Below, in pieces: positions 9,177-18,998 of a stretch of DNA of 64,000 nt. A program made the translations under genes and the position numbers. Origin of the DNA: Alcaligenes sp. (GTDB taxonomy: Bacteria; Pseudomonadota; Gammaproteobacteria; Burkholderiales; Burkholderiaceae_B); the NCBI GenBank assembly GCA_052109075.1, contig JBQEAN010000004.1:15692-79691 (forward strand), written 5' to 3'. Every line of letters begins with the position of its first letter. Within the stretch, counting starts at the first letter, position 1. A model generated the notes under the pieces. The model did not search any database and had not been told where the DNA came from. It saw only the letters and a program-made list of their open reading frames with translations.

Positions 9177-10670
9177 ATGACTTCTACCCAAACCTTGACC
9201 GCGACTCGCGATACCGCCCAATTGGACGAGTTGTCGAACCTGTTGCAGCAGGAATTCCGCCCGAAAACCGAACAAGCTCAGCAGGCGGTTGAGTTCGCCG
9301 TCACCACCTTGGCGGAGCAGGCCCTGGACCAGTCCGTGACTTTGAGCGATGACGCCTATCAGACCATTCAGGCAGTGATTGCCCAGATCGATCAGAAGAT
9401 GACCGAGCAGATCAACCACATCCTGCATCACCCCGAATTCCAGCTCCTGGAAGGTGCCTGGCGAGGCCTGCACCATCTGGTCAGCAACACCGAAACAGAC
9501 GAGCTGCTGCGCATTCGCGTGATGCCTGCGACCAAGAAGGAGTTGGCACGCAACCTGAAGCGTTATAAAGGTGTGGCCTGGGATCAAAGCCCTTTGTTCA
9601 AGAAAGTGTACGAACAGGAATATGGCCAGTTTGGTGGTGAGCCCTTTGGTTGCCTGGTGGGGGATTACCACTTCGACCACAGCCCACCGGATGTGGAAAT
9701 GCTGGGTGAACTGGCCCGTATCGGTGCGGCCGCTCATAGCCCCTTTATCGCGGGAGCAGCACCTTCTGTGATGCAGATGGAGTCCTGGCAGGAACTGGCG
9801 AACCCACGCGATTTGACCAAGATTTTTTCCAATACCGAATACGCTGCCTGGCAAAGCTTGCGTGAGTCAGACGATGCCCGGTATCTGGGCCTGGCCATGC
9901 CGCGCTTTCTGGCGCGCTTGCCCTACGGCGCACGTACCAATCCGGTCGATGAGTTCGACTTCGAGGAAGACACCGATGGAGCCAGCCACGACCGCTACAC
10001 CTGGGCCAACTCGGCCTATGCCATGGCCGTGAACATCAACCGTTCCTTCAAGCATTTTGGCTGGTGCACGGCGATCCGTGGAGTGGAGTCGGGCGGTGCA
10101 GTCGAGAACCTGCCTTGCCATACCTTCCCCACCGATGATGGTGGTGTGGACATCAAATGCCCCACAGAAATCGCCATTAGCGACCGACGTGAAGCCGAGC
10201 TGGCCAAGAATGGATTCATGCCCTTGGTGCACCGTAAGAACTCGGATTTTGCGGCCTTTATTGGGGCCCAGTCCTTACAGAAGCCCCAGGAGTACTACGA
10301 CGCCGATGCCACTGCCAATGCCCGTCTGGCAGCGCGCTTGCCTTACCTGTTTGCCTGCTGCCGCTTCGCGCATTACCTGAAATGCATTGTGCGCGACAAG
10401 ATCGGTTCGTTCCGCGAACGTGACGATATGGAACGTTGGCTAAACAGCTGGATTATGAACTACGTGGATGGCGATCCGACCAACTCCTCGCAAGAAACCA
10501 AAGCTCGCAAACCGTTGGCGGCGGCCGAGGTATCGGTGCAAGAGGTGCCAGACAACCCTGGCTATTATGCCGCCAAGTTCTTTTTGCGACCGCACTACCA
10601 GTTGGAAGGGTTGACCGTATCCCTGCGACTGGTGTCCCGCCTGCCTTCGCTCAAAGGTGAGCAGAGCTGA
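9177..10670 (+). CDS. tssC: T6SS contractile sheath large subunit
   Basis: ILHHPEFQLLEGAWRGL, EYGQFGGEPFG, PRFLARLPYG and RPHYQLEGL. Confidence 0.98.
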   Translation: MTSTQTLTATRDTAQLDELSNLLQQEFRPKTEQAQQAVEFAVTTLAEQALDQSVTLSDDAYQTIQAVIAQIDQKMTEQINHILHHPEFQLLEGAWRGLHHLVSNTETDELLRIRVMPATKKELARNLKRYKGVAWDQSPLFKKVYEQEYGQFGGEPFGCLVGDYHFDHSPPDVEMLGELARIGAAAHSPFIAGAAPSVMQMESWQELANPRDLTKIFSNTEYAAWQSLRESDDARYLGLAMPRFLARLPYGARTNPVDEFDFEEDTDGASHDRYTWANSAYAMAVNINRSFKHFGWCTAIRGVESGGAVENLPCHTFPTDDGGVDIKCPTEIAISDRREAELAKNGFMPLVHRKNSDFAAFIGAQSLQKPQEYYDADATANARLAARLPYLFACCRFAHYLKCIVRDKIGSFRERDDMERWLNSWIMNYVDGDPTNSSQETKARKPLAAAEVSVQEVPDNPGYYAAKFFLRPHYQLEGLTVSLRLVSRLPSLKGEQS

Positions 10671-10720
10671 TTCCCATCCTGGCCAGTTAATGGCCTTATT
10701 CGACCTCCAAGGAGAAAAGC

Positions 10721-11203
10721 GTGTCTGTTGATATGTTCATGAAAATTGAGGGCGCCAGCGGCGAGTCCAAGGATTCCAACCACAAAGACTGGACCGATAT
10801 TCTGTCCTTCTCGTGGGGCGCATCTCAGCCTGGCAGCATGAGCTCGGGCGGTGGTGGAGGCCAGGGCAAGGCCAATTTCAACGATTTGCATGTAGTTGCT
10901 CGCATCGACAAGGCGGCCCCAGCTGTCATGAAGCATTGCGCCAGCGGAAAGCACTTGGGCAAAGTGGAAGTGTCGGTGTGCAAGGCCGGTGGCGAGCAGG
11001 TGGAGTACTCGAAAATCACGCTGGAAGAAGTGCTGGTGACTTCGGTTCAGCTGAACGCCGAGCATGATGTGGAAAGCGTCATGGTCAATTACTCCTTCCA
11101 GGCTGCTCGCGTCAAACAGCAGTATTGGGAACAGTCCGATCGTGGCAGTAAAGGTGCTGAAACGCTGGTCGCTTGGGATATCAAACAGAACAAAGAAGCC
11201 TGA
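10721..11203 (+). CDS. hcp: T6SS tube protein Hcp (TssD)
   Basis: GESKDSNHKDWTDILSFSWG and a terminal WDIKQNK. GTG start with RBS AAGGAG. Confidence 0.97.
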   Translation: MSVDMFMKIEGASGESKDSNHKDWTDILSFSWGASQPGSMSSGGGGGQGKANFNDLHVVARIDKAAPAVMKHCASGKHLGKVEVSVCKAGGEQVEYSKITLEEVLVTSVQLNAEHDVESVMVNYSFQAARVKQQYWEQSDRGSKGAETLVAWDIKQNKEA

Positions 11204-11232
11204 TCGGGCTTAGGTTTTCAGGTAGGGCCGCT

Positions 11233-11775
11233 ATGGACCAATTTCGTTTGCCCGGACGCCGCGGGGCCGCGCTGATGCGCGGTCAGGCGGATCGTTTGCA
11301 ACCGTGTTTGTTGGACAGGTTGACCGACGAGCGGCCCGATAAAGCTTGGGAGCCTCCTCAGCCCATGAGCCAGTACCAGATGCGTCAGGCGGTGCTGCGT
11401 GATCTGGGTCATTTACTCAATACGCCTAATCAGGGGGCAACCCCCTTGATGCAGGCTTTGGCTCATGTGCGTCGTTCTTGCCTGAACTATGGCATGAGCC
11501 CGCTGGCCGGTAAAACCATGAGCGAAGTGGAATGGCTGGATGTAGAGGACGCGCTGCGCACGGCTATTTTGCACTTCGAGCCACGCATCTTGCCTGACAC
11601 CTTGCAGGTGCATTGTCTGGATCACAGTGCTCAGCGCGATTTGCATAACGTCTTGAGCTTGCGCATTCAGGGCCACGTCTGGTGCGAGCCCTATCCGCAA
11701 GAATTCTTGCTGCGCACCAGCATCGATCTGGAAAGCGGCCAACTGGACCTTGAAGAGAGCTACACGACGGGATGA
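11233..11775 (+). CDS. tssE: T6SS baseplate TssE (gp25-like)
   Basis: LQPCLLDRL, VLRDLGHLLN, SCLNYG and FEPRI. ATG 11233 is chosen because the ORF-track start overlaps hcp. Confidence 0.92.
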   Translation: MDQFRLPGRRGAALMRGQADRLQPCLLDRLTDERPDKAWEPPQPMSQYQMRQAVLRDLGHLLNTPNQGATPLMQALAHVRRSCLNYGMSPLAGKTMSEVEWLDVEDALRTAILHFEPRILPDTLQVHCLDHSAQRDLHNVLSLRIQGHVWCEPYPQEFLLRTSIDLESGQLDLEESYTTG

Positions 11776-13658
11776 ATCCGGAGCTGCTGCATTACTACAA
11801 CCGTGAACTGGCATACCTGCGCGAGCTGGGGGCCGAGTTTGCGCAAGCCTACCCCAAAGTGGCTGCCCGTTTGGGCGTGCATGATACGACGGTAGCCGAC
11901 CCTTATGTCGAACGCTTGTTAGAGGGTTTCAGCTTTCTCACTGCCCGCATTCAGATGAAAATGGATGCAGAGTTTCCTCGCCTGAGTCAGCAGTTGCTGG
12001 ACGTAATTCAGCCGTCCTGGCTGATGCCCATGCCCAGCATGGGACTGGTGCAGTTTCGCCCCAGCATGAGCGAAGGAGCGCTGGCGAAAGGCTTTACCAT
12101 GCCGCGTCACACCACCTTGCGTTCACGCATTCCGGCAGGTGAGCAAACGGCCTGCGAGTTTTCCACCTGTCATGCCGTGTCCTTGTGGCCCATGCAGCTC
12201 TCCCAGGTGCGATTGGGAGATGTGGCGGCAGATTTACCCTTGGCCGCGTTGGGAAGTCGACAGGCGGCCCAGGCTCGTTCGGCGTTAAGGCTGGACTTCA
12301 TTGTGCAAGGCGGTTTGACCTTGGAGGAACTGGCGTTGGACGAACTGAGCCTGCATCTGGATGGCCCGGAGTCTGACAGTAGCCTTTTGTTGGATGCCTT
12401 GTTGCGGCAAGCCTTGGGTGTATTTGTACAGATGGAGGATCAGGCACCACAGTTTCTGGCGAACTCGGACTGCCTGAAGCACGATGGTCTGGAAGATGAT
12501 CAAGCCATCTTGCCTATGGTCTCCCATGAGTTCTCCGGCCATCGATTGTTGCGGGAGTATTTTGCCTTGCCGGGCCGTTTTGCCTTTGTGCGGCTAGGAG
12601 GTTTGCAAGCGGCTATCGCCAAACAGCGTGCGCAGGATTTGAAAAGCCGCCGTTGGAGCATTCACATTGTGCTCAAGCAGTCGTGGCCTGATCTGGCGGC
12701 TCGAGTCGGCCCCGGTCATGTGCGTTTGTATTGCACGCCCGTTGTGAATTTATTCCGCCGCCGCAGCGAACGCATGGCCTTGCGCCCGCAGGCAACAGAC
12801 CATCATGTCGTTATGGATAGAACCCGGCCCCTGGATTTTGAGGTCTGCATGATGGAGCAGGTGCAAGGGCATGGTCGGCAAGAAACGGACAGTGTCCTGT
12901 TTCGCCCCTTGTATGCCAGCACCGCGCAGGATGTCGGGCGTTACGGCCGTTACTACACCTTGCGTCGCGAGCCGCGCGTGGTGTCCGATACCCAGAAACG
13001 TTGGGGCGGGCGCAGTAGCTACGGAGGCAGTGAAGTGTACTTGTCACTGGTTAATCAGCACGAACAGTCGGAATTTTTTGGCATGAATCAAATCAGTGTC
13101 ACGGCCTGGTGCAGTAATCGTGACTTGCCTTTGCTATTGCCGCGCTCTCCCGAGTCTGACTTCAGCTTGCAGGTCTCTGCCCCTGTCGCGGCTGTCCGTT
13201 TATTGGGTGGTTTGACTCGCCCACGAGCTGCCTCCACCAATGGCCGCCAAGCCTGGGACTTGATCTCGCAGATGAGCCTGGCACAGTTGGGTGTGGCCCA
13301 GTCGGACCCGGTAGAGGCGGCCGGCCGTTGGCGTGCTTTGTTGGCTCCGCATGTGAACAGTGCCGATGCGGGCGCCTTGCGCCAGTTGGCTTCCATTGTG
13401 GCGGTGCAGGCGCGCCCAGTGCAGCGGGCGATGCCTGGGCCCGGGCCGTTGGTTATGGCGCGTGGAGTGCATTTCGAGGTGACCTTGGATCAAAGTGGTT
13501 TTCCCGGCGGTCGGCCCTTTGTACTGGCAGCGGTGCTGAGTCGTTACCTGGCTCGTCATGTCAGTTTGAATAGTTTTGTCTCTACCCAGTTTCGCTCTGA
13601 GACGGGGGTGGAGCTAGGTGCTTGGGGGCCGCAAGTGGGTACGCGGGCGGGACTGTGA
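11772..13658 (+). CDS. tssF: T6SS baseplate TssF
   Basis: LLHYYNRELAYLRELGAEFA, DPYVERLLEGF and LYCTPVVNLF. Confidence 0.96.
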   Translation: MNPELLHYYNRELAYLRELGAEFAQAYPKVAARLGVHDTTVADPYVERLLEGFSFLTARIQMKMDAEFPRLSQQLLDVIQPSWLMPMPSMGLVQFRPSMSEGALAKGFTMPRHTTLRSRIPAGEQTACEFSTCHAVSLWPMQLSQVRLGDVAADLPLAALGSRQAAQARSALRLDFIVQGGLTLEELALDELSLHLDGPESDSSLLLDALLRQALGVFVQMEDQAPQFLANSDCLKHDGLEDDQAILPMVSHEFSGHRLLREYFALPGRFAFVRLGGLQAAIAKQRAQDLKSRRWSIHIVLKQSWPDLAARVGPGHVRLYCTPVVNLFRRRSERMALRPQATDHHVVMDRTRPLDFEVCMMEQVQGHGRQETDSVLFRPLYASTAQDVGRYGRYYTLRREPRVVSDTQKRWGGRSSYGGSEVYLSLVNQHEQSEFFGMNQISVTAWCSNRDLPLLLPRSPESDFSLQVSAPVAAVRLLGGLTRPRAASTNGRQAWDLISQMSLAQLGVAQSDPVEAAGRWRALLAPHVNSADAGALRQLASIVAVQARPVQRAMPGPGPLVMARGVHFEVTLDQSGFPGGRPFVLAAVLSRYLARHVSLNSFVSTQFRSETGVELGAWGPQVGTRAGL

Positions 13659-14698
13659 ACCGGGTCGAGCGGGAGCAATTGGCACCGCAGGCATCCTTGG
13701 AAGAACTGGCCCGGATCATTCAGCAATGGCCGTTTGGGCATGACTTGTTTCGGGTCTTGCGGGCGGTGGATGCCTTGCAAGCAGAGCAAGATCAACCTCG
13801 CTTGGGGACGGCGCCTACGCCTTGCCAAGAAGTGGTGAGGGTAGGCCAGCCACCTACCTTGACCTTTGTGGCTTCCAGTGTGCAAAGCGCCCGTTGGCAA
13901 GGGGAGAAGCTGCATCTGGGTGTGCAAGGTTTCGGCCTGTGGGGACCCAATGGACCTTTGCCGTTGCACATGACGGAGTACTTTTTTCAGCGCAGCCACA
14001 ACTTTGGTGACCATGCGGGTGTGGCCTTTTTGGACCAGTTCCATCACCGTTTGTTTTTACTGTTTTTCAGAGCGTGGGCACAGGCACAGGCCGTCTGTGA
14101 TCTGGAGCATGACCAGGACGGATTCACGCGCTGGTTGGCCAGTCTGGCGGGAGTAGGGGGGCAGTGTGAAGTCGCTCCCATGAGCGACCATGCGGTCCTG
14201 TTTCAGGCTCCTGCGTTGACATCTCAAACCCGCAGTGCGCCTGCCTTGCAGGCTCTTTTATCCAGCTACTTTCAATTGCCCGTGACGATTCAGGAGAACG
14301 TGCCAGTTTGGGTGCCTTTGGATGGGCAGACCCAGGTGTGTCTGGGGCGAAGTTGTGCGGACCTTGGGAAAAATACGGTGTTGGGTGCGCGGGTTTTGGA
14401 CGTGCAGCAAACCATACGGATACGGATTGGGCCCTTAAGTCGGCAAGACTATGGACGTTTCCTGCCCGGCCGTCTGGCTTGGCGTCAACTGCGCTATTGC
14501 CTAGCCCTGTATCTGGGGCTGGAGTGGTCGGTACAGCTGCAATTAGTGTTGGCAGCCAGTGCGCAGCCTGATCTGGGTTTGGGGGCTGGCTTAGGCTTGG
14601 GGCAGGAGACCTGGTTAGGTCAGCCAGGCACGCAGGACAGAGCGGATCTGTGCCTGTTTCTGGACAGTCGACCAGATTGGCAAGATCCGCTGAGCTAA
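13655..14698 (+). CDS. tssG: T6SS baseplate TssG
   Basis: FGLWGPNGPLPLH and FLDQFHHRL..LF.RAW. The GTG start overlaps the tssF stop (GTGA). Confidence 0.94.
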   Translation: MNRVEREQLAPQASLEELARIIQQWPFGHDLFRVLRAVDALQAEQDQPRLGTAPTPCQEVVRVGQPPTLTFVASSVQSARWQGEKLHLGVQGFGLWGPNGPLPLHMTEYFFQRSHNFGDHAGVAFLDQFHHRLFLLFFRAWAQAQAVCDLEHDQDGFTRWLASLAGVGGQCEVAPMSDHAVLFQAPALTSQTRSAPALQALLSSYFQLPVTIQENVPVWVPLDGQTQVCLGRSCADLGKNTVLGARVLDVQQTIRIRIGPLSRQDYGRFLPGRLAWRQLRYCLALYLGLEWSVQLQLVLAASAQPDLGLGAGLGLGQETWLGQPGTQDRADLCLFLDSRPDWQDPLS

Positions 14699-14702
14699 GG
14701 CG

Positions 14703-15293
14703 TTAAGCCCGACGAGTTCCCTGTAAAAGATCGAACTCATTTTCTTGATTGGATAAGGTGCTGACCCATTCCGGCGCGCGGCCTAATTCAGGTTGCCAGC
14801 TTGCCGCCGGGATCGTGCTGTCGGTGCTGTGTGTGTTTGCCGCTTTGGCGGGCGTGTCAAAGGGGTGCTTGTCCGAAGGGGCAGGCATCGGACCACCTAC
14901 CGGCACTAAACCGGGTACATGCAAGTCTGCAAACGGGTCCGCAGCAGGCGCAGCCGCCAAGGGCGCATCCACTGTTTTGGCGGGGCTGACACCCGACTCC
15001 ACCCGGTAGTGCATGTCTCCCAAAGTCAGACGGTCCCCCTCCTGCAAAGCTTTTATCTGTGCTAGGGGCAGCTCTATGCCATTCACCGCTACTTGGCCGT
15101 CAGAGCAGGCGCGCTGAATCGTCAGCAGGTCTTGCTGGCGACGCAGATAGGACAAGATGGACGGGGTCTGGTTGTTGTCGGGCAAAACCAAATCGGCCTG
15201 CATCCAGGACCCGCACACCAGACCAGGTTCAGGAACGCGCTGTGGGGCTCCGCCGCTCTCGGCCTGCAGACGCCAGTCAATGAATGGGCTCAT
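14703..15293 (-). CDS. Short, degenerate FHA-domain protein (TagH/Fha-like)
   Basis: FHA strand pattern (CGS..ADLVLPD ... VAVNG ... LQEGDRLTLG) followed by a Pro/Ala-rich tail. The canonical GR and SxxH motifs are absent. Confidence 0.65.
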   Translation of the reverse strand: MSPFIDWRLQAESGGAPQRVPEPGLVCGSWMQADLVLPDNNQTPSILSYLRRQQDLLTIQRACSDGQVAVNGIELPLAQIKALQEGDRLTLGDMHYRVESGVSPAKTVDAPLAAAPAADPFADLHVPGLVPVGGPMPAPSDKHPFDTPAKAANTHSTDSTIPAASWQPELGRAPEWVSTLSNQENEFDLLQGTRRA

Positions 15294-15679
15294 GGCTGTG
15301 TTTCCGTCACTTTTTCATACACGGGCCCCCAGGTAGGGTGGCCGCGCTCGGCCTGGGCCAAGGTGAACCCAGGGTCCACGGCCAGGGCTTGCTTGAATCG
15401 TTCTTCACACAGAAACGTGTACTCGCGTACGCAAAAGCTGAAGGCCTGCAGTTTCAATGCCTCACTGTATTGATTGGGTGCGGCAGCAGGCAGGGTGCTG
15501 GAACGGCCGACTTGCCGTATGACAGTACTGTAGTCGCCGTCATTGAAGGCGGAGCGTATTTGCTCAAGCTCCGTCTCGGCAGTCGGGCTGAAAACAGCAA
15601 CAGGTTTGTTCTGGGTTTGAGCGCAGGCCGTCAGCAATAGGGCCAGGGTGGGATAGATCAGACGGTCTGGTAAAGGCAT
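15290..15679 (-). CDS. tssQ: T6SS-associated lipoprotein, TssQ family
   Basis: Lipobox LLTAC, ALKLQAFSFCV....LC...F..AL..DP.F.L..AE.GHP.WGPV pattern, and location within the T6SS cluster. Confidence 0.75.
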   Translation of the reverse strand: MPLPDRLIYPTLALLLTACAQTQNKPVAVFSPTAETELEQIRSAFNDGDYSTVIRQVGRSSTLPAAAPNQYSEALKLQAFSFCVREYTFLCEERFKQALAVDPGFTLAQAERGHPTWGPVYEKVTETQP

Positions 15680-15866
15680 GGCAGAAAAAAAGAAAAGTTG
15701 TACTTGCTGACAAGACTAGGAAAGGAAAAAGACAGGCGCATGACATGACGCAGATGGCTTTGTAAGAGTTGTTGCGTAAGGGTAAGCACCGAAACACCCC
15801 GTGTCCTTAACAAAGTTGTCGCATTCATGCTTTTAGATGGGGGGCATTGCCATTCAAGGAGACATT

Positions 15867-16370
15867 GTGACTGTCTGCCGCTTGCTTCGTTTGTGCTCGC
15901 TGCTGATGCTGGGTTTGCTGGCCTCATGTGCGTCTACCTCCAGTCGCATGGCTGTGCCCTATGAGGTTGTTCTGAGCGCGGACGAGCGGCTCAACCCGGA
16001 TGCAACGGGTCGACCCTCCCCGGTGCAGGTGTTTGTGTTCGAACTGCGTTCGGGCAGCACGTTTGAGGCCAGGGATTTCTTTGCCTTGCAGTCCGACCCG
16101 CAACAGGCCTTGACGGGAGACCTGCTGAATGTGGAGCAGCTTGTGTTGCGTCCTGGACAGACCCAGGCCCTTAAAAGGCCGGGCGATCTGCAGGCCACCG
16201 CGGTGGGCGTGGTAGTGGGCTATCGCCTGCTCGATACCAGTGTGTGGCGTGTTTTGCTGCCCCTGCCCGAGTCGCGTACCACCAATATCTACAAGTTCTG
16301 GCAATCAGCCCCTGATGCTGTCCAGGTCAGCCTGCAACTGCGCGAGAACGCCATTCATGTCGTCGATTGA
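15867..16370 (+). CDS. tssJ: T6SS outer-membrane lipoprotein TssJ
   Basis: Lipobox LASC, LNPDATGRPSPV..FEL and VGVVVGYR. GTG 15867 follows RBS AAGGAG. Confidence 0.93.
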   Translation: MTVCRLLRLCSLLMLGLLASCASTSSRMAVPYEVVLSADERLNPDATGRPSPVQVFVFELRSGSTFEARDFFALQSDPQQALTGDLLNVEQLVLRPGQTQALKRPGDLQATAVGVVVGYRLLDTSVWRVLLPLPESRTTNIYKFWQSAPDAVQVSLQLRENAIHVVD

Positions 16371-16404
16371 TGCCGTCGCTGATGGCGGAGAACGGATTAT
16401 TTCA

Positions 16405-17727
16405 ATGGATAAAGTTATTTGGACCGAAGGGCTGTTTTTACGGCCCCAGCATTTTCAGCAGATGGAGCGGTATTTGGAGCACTATGCTCACGCCGGACGG
16501 CGTGCTGCACAGCCATTTTGTTGGGGTTTTGAAACCTTGAGTCTGGACGAGCAGGGCTTGAGCATGGGTAGCGTGGCGCTGCGTGAAGCTCGCGGCTTGT
16601 TGCCGGACGGCACGCCTTTCGATTGCCGACCGGGCGCGGTACAGACTTTGGCTTGGACTGCGCCAGAAGTCGTACGACCGGAGCGTTTGATGCTGGTTCT
16701 GCCCCGTAGGCAACCCGGGCGGGTGGATATTCAGTTTGATGGACATAGTTCGCGTCGCTCCCGCTACGTAGTGAGCGAGCAGGAACTGCACGATAACAGT
16801 GGCCTGTCGCCAGAGCCTTGCCTGACGCAACTGGCACGCTTGCAGCCTGCCCTTTTGCCCGAGTCCGAGGTGTACGAGGACAGTATTGCGATGCCTGTGG
16901 CTCGTGTTCTGGAGCGTAGGCCAGACCGTTCACTGGTGCTGGACCCGGATTTTATTCCGCCCATTTTGTCCATTCAGGCACAGGCCCGACTCAGTACCCT
17001 ACACGCTGATGTACAGGCGCTTTTGCAGGCTCGTGCTCAAGCCTTGGCGGAGCGTCTGGGCCCGGGCGGTCGTGGTCAGGGTGATGTAGCGGACTTCATG
17101 ATGCTGGAACTGGTTAACCGTTATCGGGCAGCCCTGTGGGCGATGGAGCAGCGCGTGCATGTGCACCCTTGCGAGCTGTACCAAACCTGGATGGAGCTGC
17201 ATGGAGGCCTGGCGACCTATACCCAAGACGGGCGCCAGCCGCTGATTTGGCCACCGTATCAGCACGACGATCTGGCCCAGTCCTTTCTGCCCCTGGTGTT
17301 GGAGTTGCGCCGTGCCTTGTCCGTGGTGCTGGAACAGCAAGCGATACCGATTGTGCTGGAAGACAAAGGGCAGGGCGTGCGCCTGGCTCAGATTGCCGAC
17401 CGTGCGCTCTTGCGTCAGGCGGGATTTGTGTTGGCCGTGCAGGCTGATTTGCCTGCTCAAACCGTGCGGCAGCATTTCGCCGCCCAGGTCAAATTGGGGC
17501 CGGTTGAGCGCATCCGTGATCTGGTTCATTTGCAGTTGCCCGGCATAGGCTTGCAGCCCTTATCAGTAGCGCCACGCGCCTTACCCTACCACGCAGGCTT
17601 CACCTATTTCGAGCTGGAGAAAGGCGGTGAGCTATGGCGTCAGCTGGAGCAAAACGGTGCTTTAGCACTGCATTTGGCGGGTGACTTTCCCGGCCTGCAA
17701 CTTGAGTTTTGGGCAATACGCCGCTGA
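16405..17727 (+). CDS. tssK: T6SS baseplate TssK
   Basis: KVIWTEGLFLRPQHFQQ and a terminal LEFWAIR. Confidence 0.96.
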   Translation: MDKVIWTEGLFLRPQHFQQMERYLEHYAHAGRRAAQPFCWGFETLSLDEQGLSMGSVALREARGLLPDGTPFDCRPGAVQTLAWTAPEVVRPERLMLVLPRRQPGRVDIQFDGHSSRRSRYVVSEQELHDNSGLSPEPCLTQLARLQPALLPESEVYEDSIAMPVARVLERRPDRSLVLDPDFIPPILSIQAQARLSTLHADVQALLQARAQALAERLGPGGRGQGDVADFMMLELVNRYRAALWAMEQRVHVHPCELYQTWMELHGGLATYTQDGRQPLIWPPYQHDDLAQSFLPLVLELRRALSVVLEQQAIPIVLEDKGQGVRLAQIADRALLRQAGFVLAVQADLPAQTVRQHFAAQVKLGPVERIRDLVHLQLPGIGLQPLSVAPRALPYHAGFTYFELEKGGELWRQLEQNGALALHLAGDFPGLQLEFWAIRR

Positions 17728-17741
17728 TCCGGAGCATGGCT

Positions 17742-18998
17742 ATGAACGAGACAGTTTCCTGGAACAATGGCCCGGTCCCGAACGAGCGTCAGTCACGTGC
17801 AGATGCGCCGCGCTTTGTTGCCCAAGGCGCCAATCCTTTGCTGGAGGCCGCCAACCCCTTACTTGTGATGGTGTCCGATATACGCAGCAGCGCACGGCAT
17901 GCGGATCCGGCGGGTTTGCGTGCCAAGCTGGTGGCTGAAATTCGCCAGTTTGAGTTGCGTGCCCAAGCGGTGCCGGTTGCCAATGAAACCATTTTGGCAG
18001 CCCGCTATTGCCTGTGTACCACCCTGGATGAGGCGGCAGCCCTGACCCCTTGGGGGCAGGCTGGTGTTTGGTCTTCCAATACCTTGCTGGTGACCTTTCA
18101 CAACGAAACCTGGGGGGGCGAAAAGTTCTTCCAACTTTTGGACAAACTGATGCAAAGTCCGGCGGCGCATCTGCATTTGCTGGAGCTGATGTATTTCTGC
18201 CTGGCTCTGGGTTTTCAAGGCCGCTATCGCGTGCATGAGCACGGAGCCAGTCAGCTGGAAACAGTGCGCCAGCGCCTGTACATGAGCTTGCGCCAGTACG
18301 GTCCCACTGTACCTGCTGCCCTGTCCCCTCATTGGCGCGACAACCCGGCGCAGAAAGTGGGCAAACCTTTGCCTGTCCCCATCTGGGTGGCGGTTTGCGT
18401 GGCCTTGTTGCTGTGTTTGTTGATGTATCTGGGCACCAGCTTGTTGCTGAATCGACAATCCGACCAGTCCTTTGAGGACATCGTGGCTTTGCGCCTGCCT
18501 GCCATGCAGACGCAGGGACAGCCGCAGCCTGCAGGCGTGGTGCCACCCGCACCTTTGGCCTTGGCGGAACTGCTGGCCCCTGAAGTTGCCGAGGGTTTGC
18601 TGACGGTGCGGGACCAGGCCGATCGCAGCGTCATCATCTTGCGTGGCGATGGCCTGTTTGATTCGGGGGCGGACCAGATTCGCGCACCACTGTTGCCCGT
18701 TATCGCCCGTATTGCGGATGCCGTTGAAGCCGCGCCTGGACTGGTGTTGGTGGATGGCTATACCGACAAGGTGCCCATACGCAGCGTGCGTTTTCCTTCC
18801 AATTTCCATCTTTCTCAGGCTCGCGCCGATTCGGTTAAAGCCGTCTTGCAGGAACGCTTGAGCCAGCCCGAACGGGTGCGTGCGCAAGGTCGGGCCGATG
18901 CCTCGCCCATAGCGGATAACAGCAGCGCTCAAGGTCGGGCACAGAACCGTCGGGTGGAGATCACGATAGTGCCCTTGAGCAAGGAGGCAGGGCAATGA
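17742..18998 (+). CDS. tssL: T6SS TssL/DotU with C-terminal OmpA/MotB peptidoglycan-binding domain
   Basis: ARYCLCTTLDEA, FHNETWGGEKFF and LGFQGRY, one TM helix, then GYTD, LSQARA and NRRVEI. Confidence 0.95.
   Translation: MNETVSWNNGPVPNERQSRADAPRFVAQGANPLLEAANPLLVMVSDIRSSARHADPAGLRAKLVAEIRQFELRAQAVPVANETILAARYCLCTTLDEAAALTPWGQAGVWSSNTLLVTFHNETWGGEKFFQLLDKLMQSPAAHLHLLELMYFCLALGFQGRYRVHEHGASQLETVRQRLYMSLRQYGPTVPAALSPHWRDNPAQKVGKPLPVPIWVAVCVALLLCLLMYLGTSLLLNRQSDQSFEDIVALRLPAMQTQGQPQPAGVVPPAPLALAELLAPEVAEGLLTVRDQADRSVIILRGDGLFDSGADQIRAPLLPVIARIADAVEAAPGLVLVDGYTDKVPIRSVRFPSNFHLSQARADSVKAVLQERLSQPERVRAQGRADASPIADNSSAQGRAQNRRVEITIVPLSKEAGQ

Noticed and set aside
8451-9854. 467-aa minus-strand ORF
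   Set aside because: It is an antisense shadow of tssB/tssC, expected from GC-rich codon bias, and has no recognisable motifs.
15680-15866. Sigma-54 promoter for the T6SS operons
   Set aside because: The TGGC and TTGC elements present are not at the required -24/-12 spacing.
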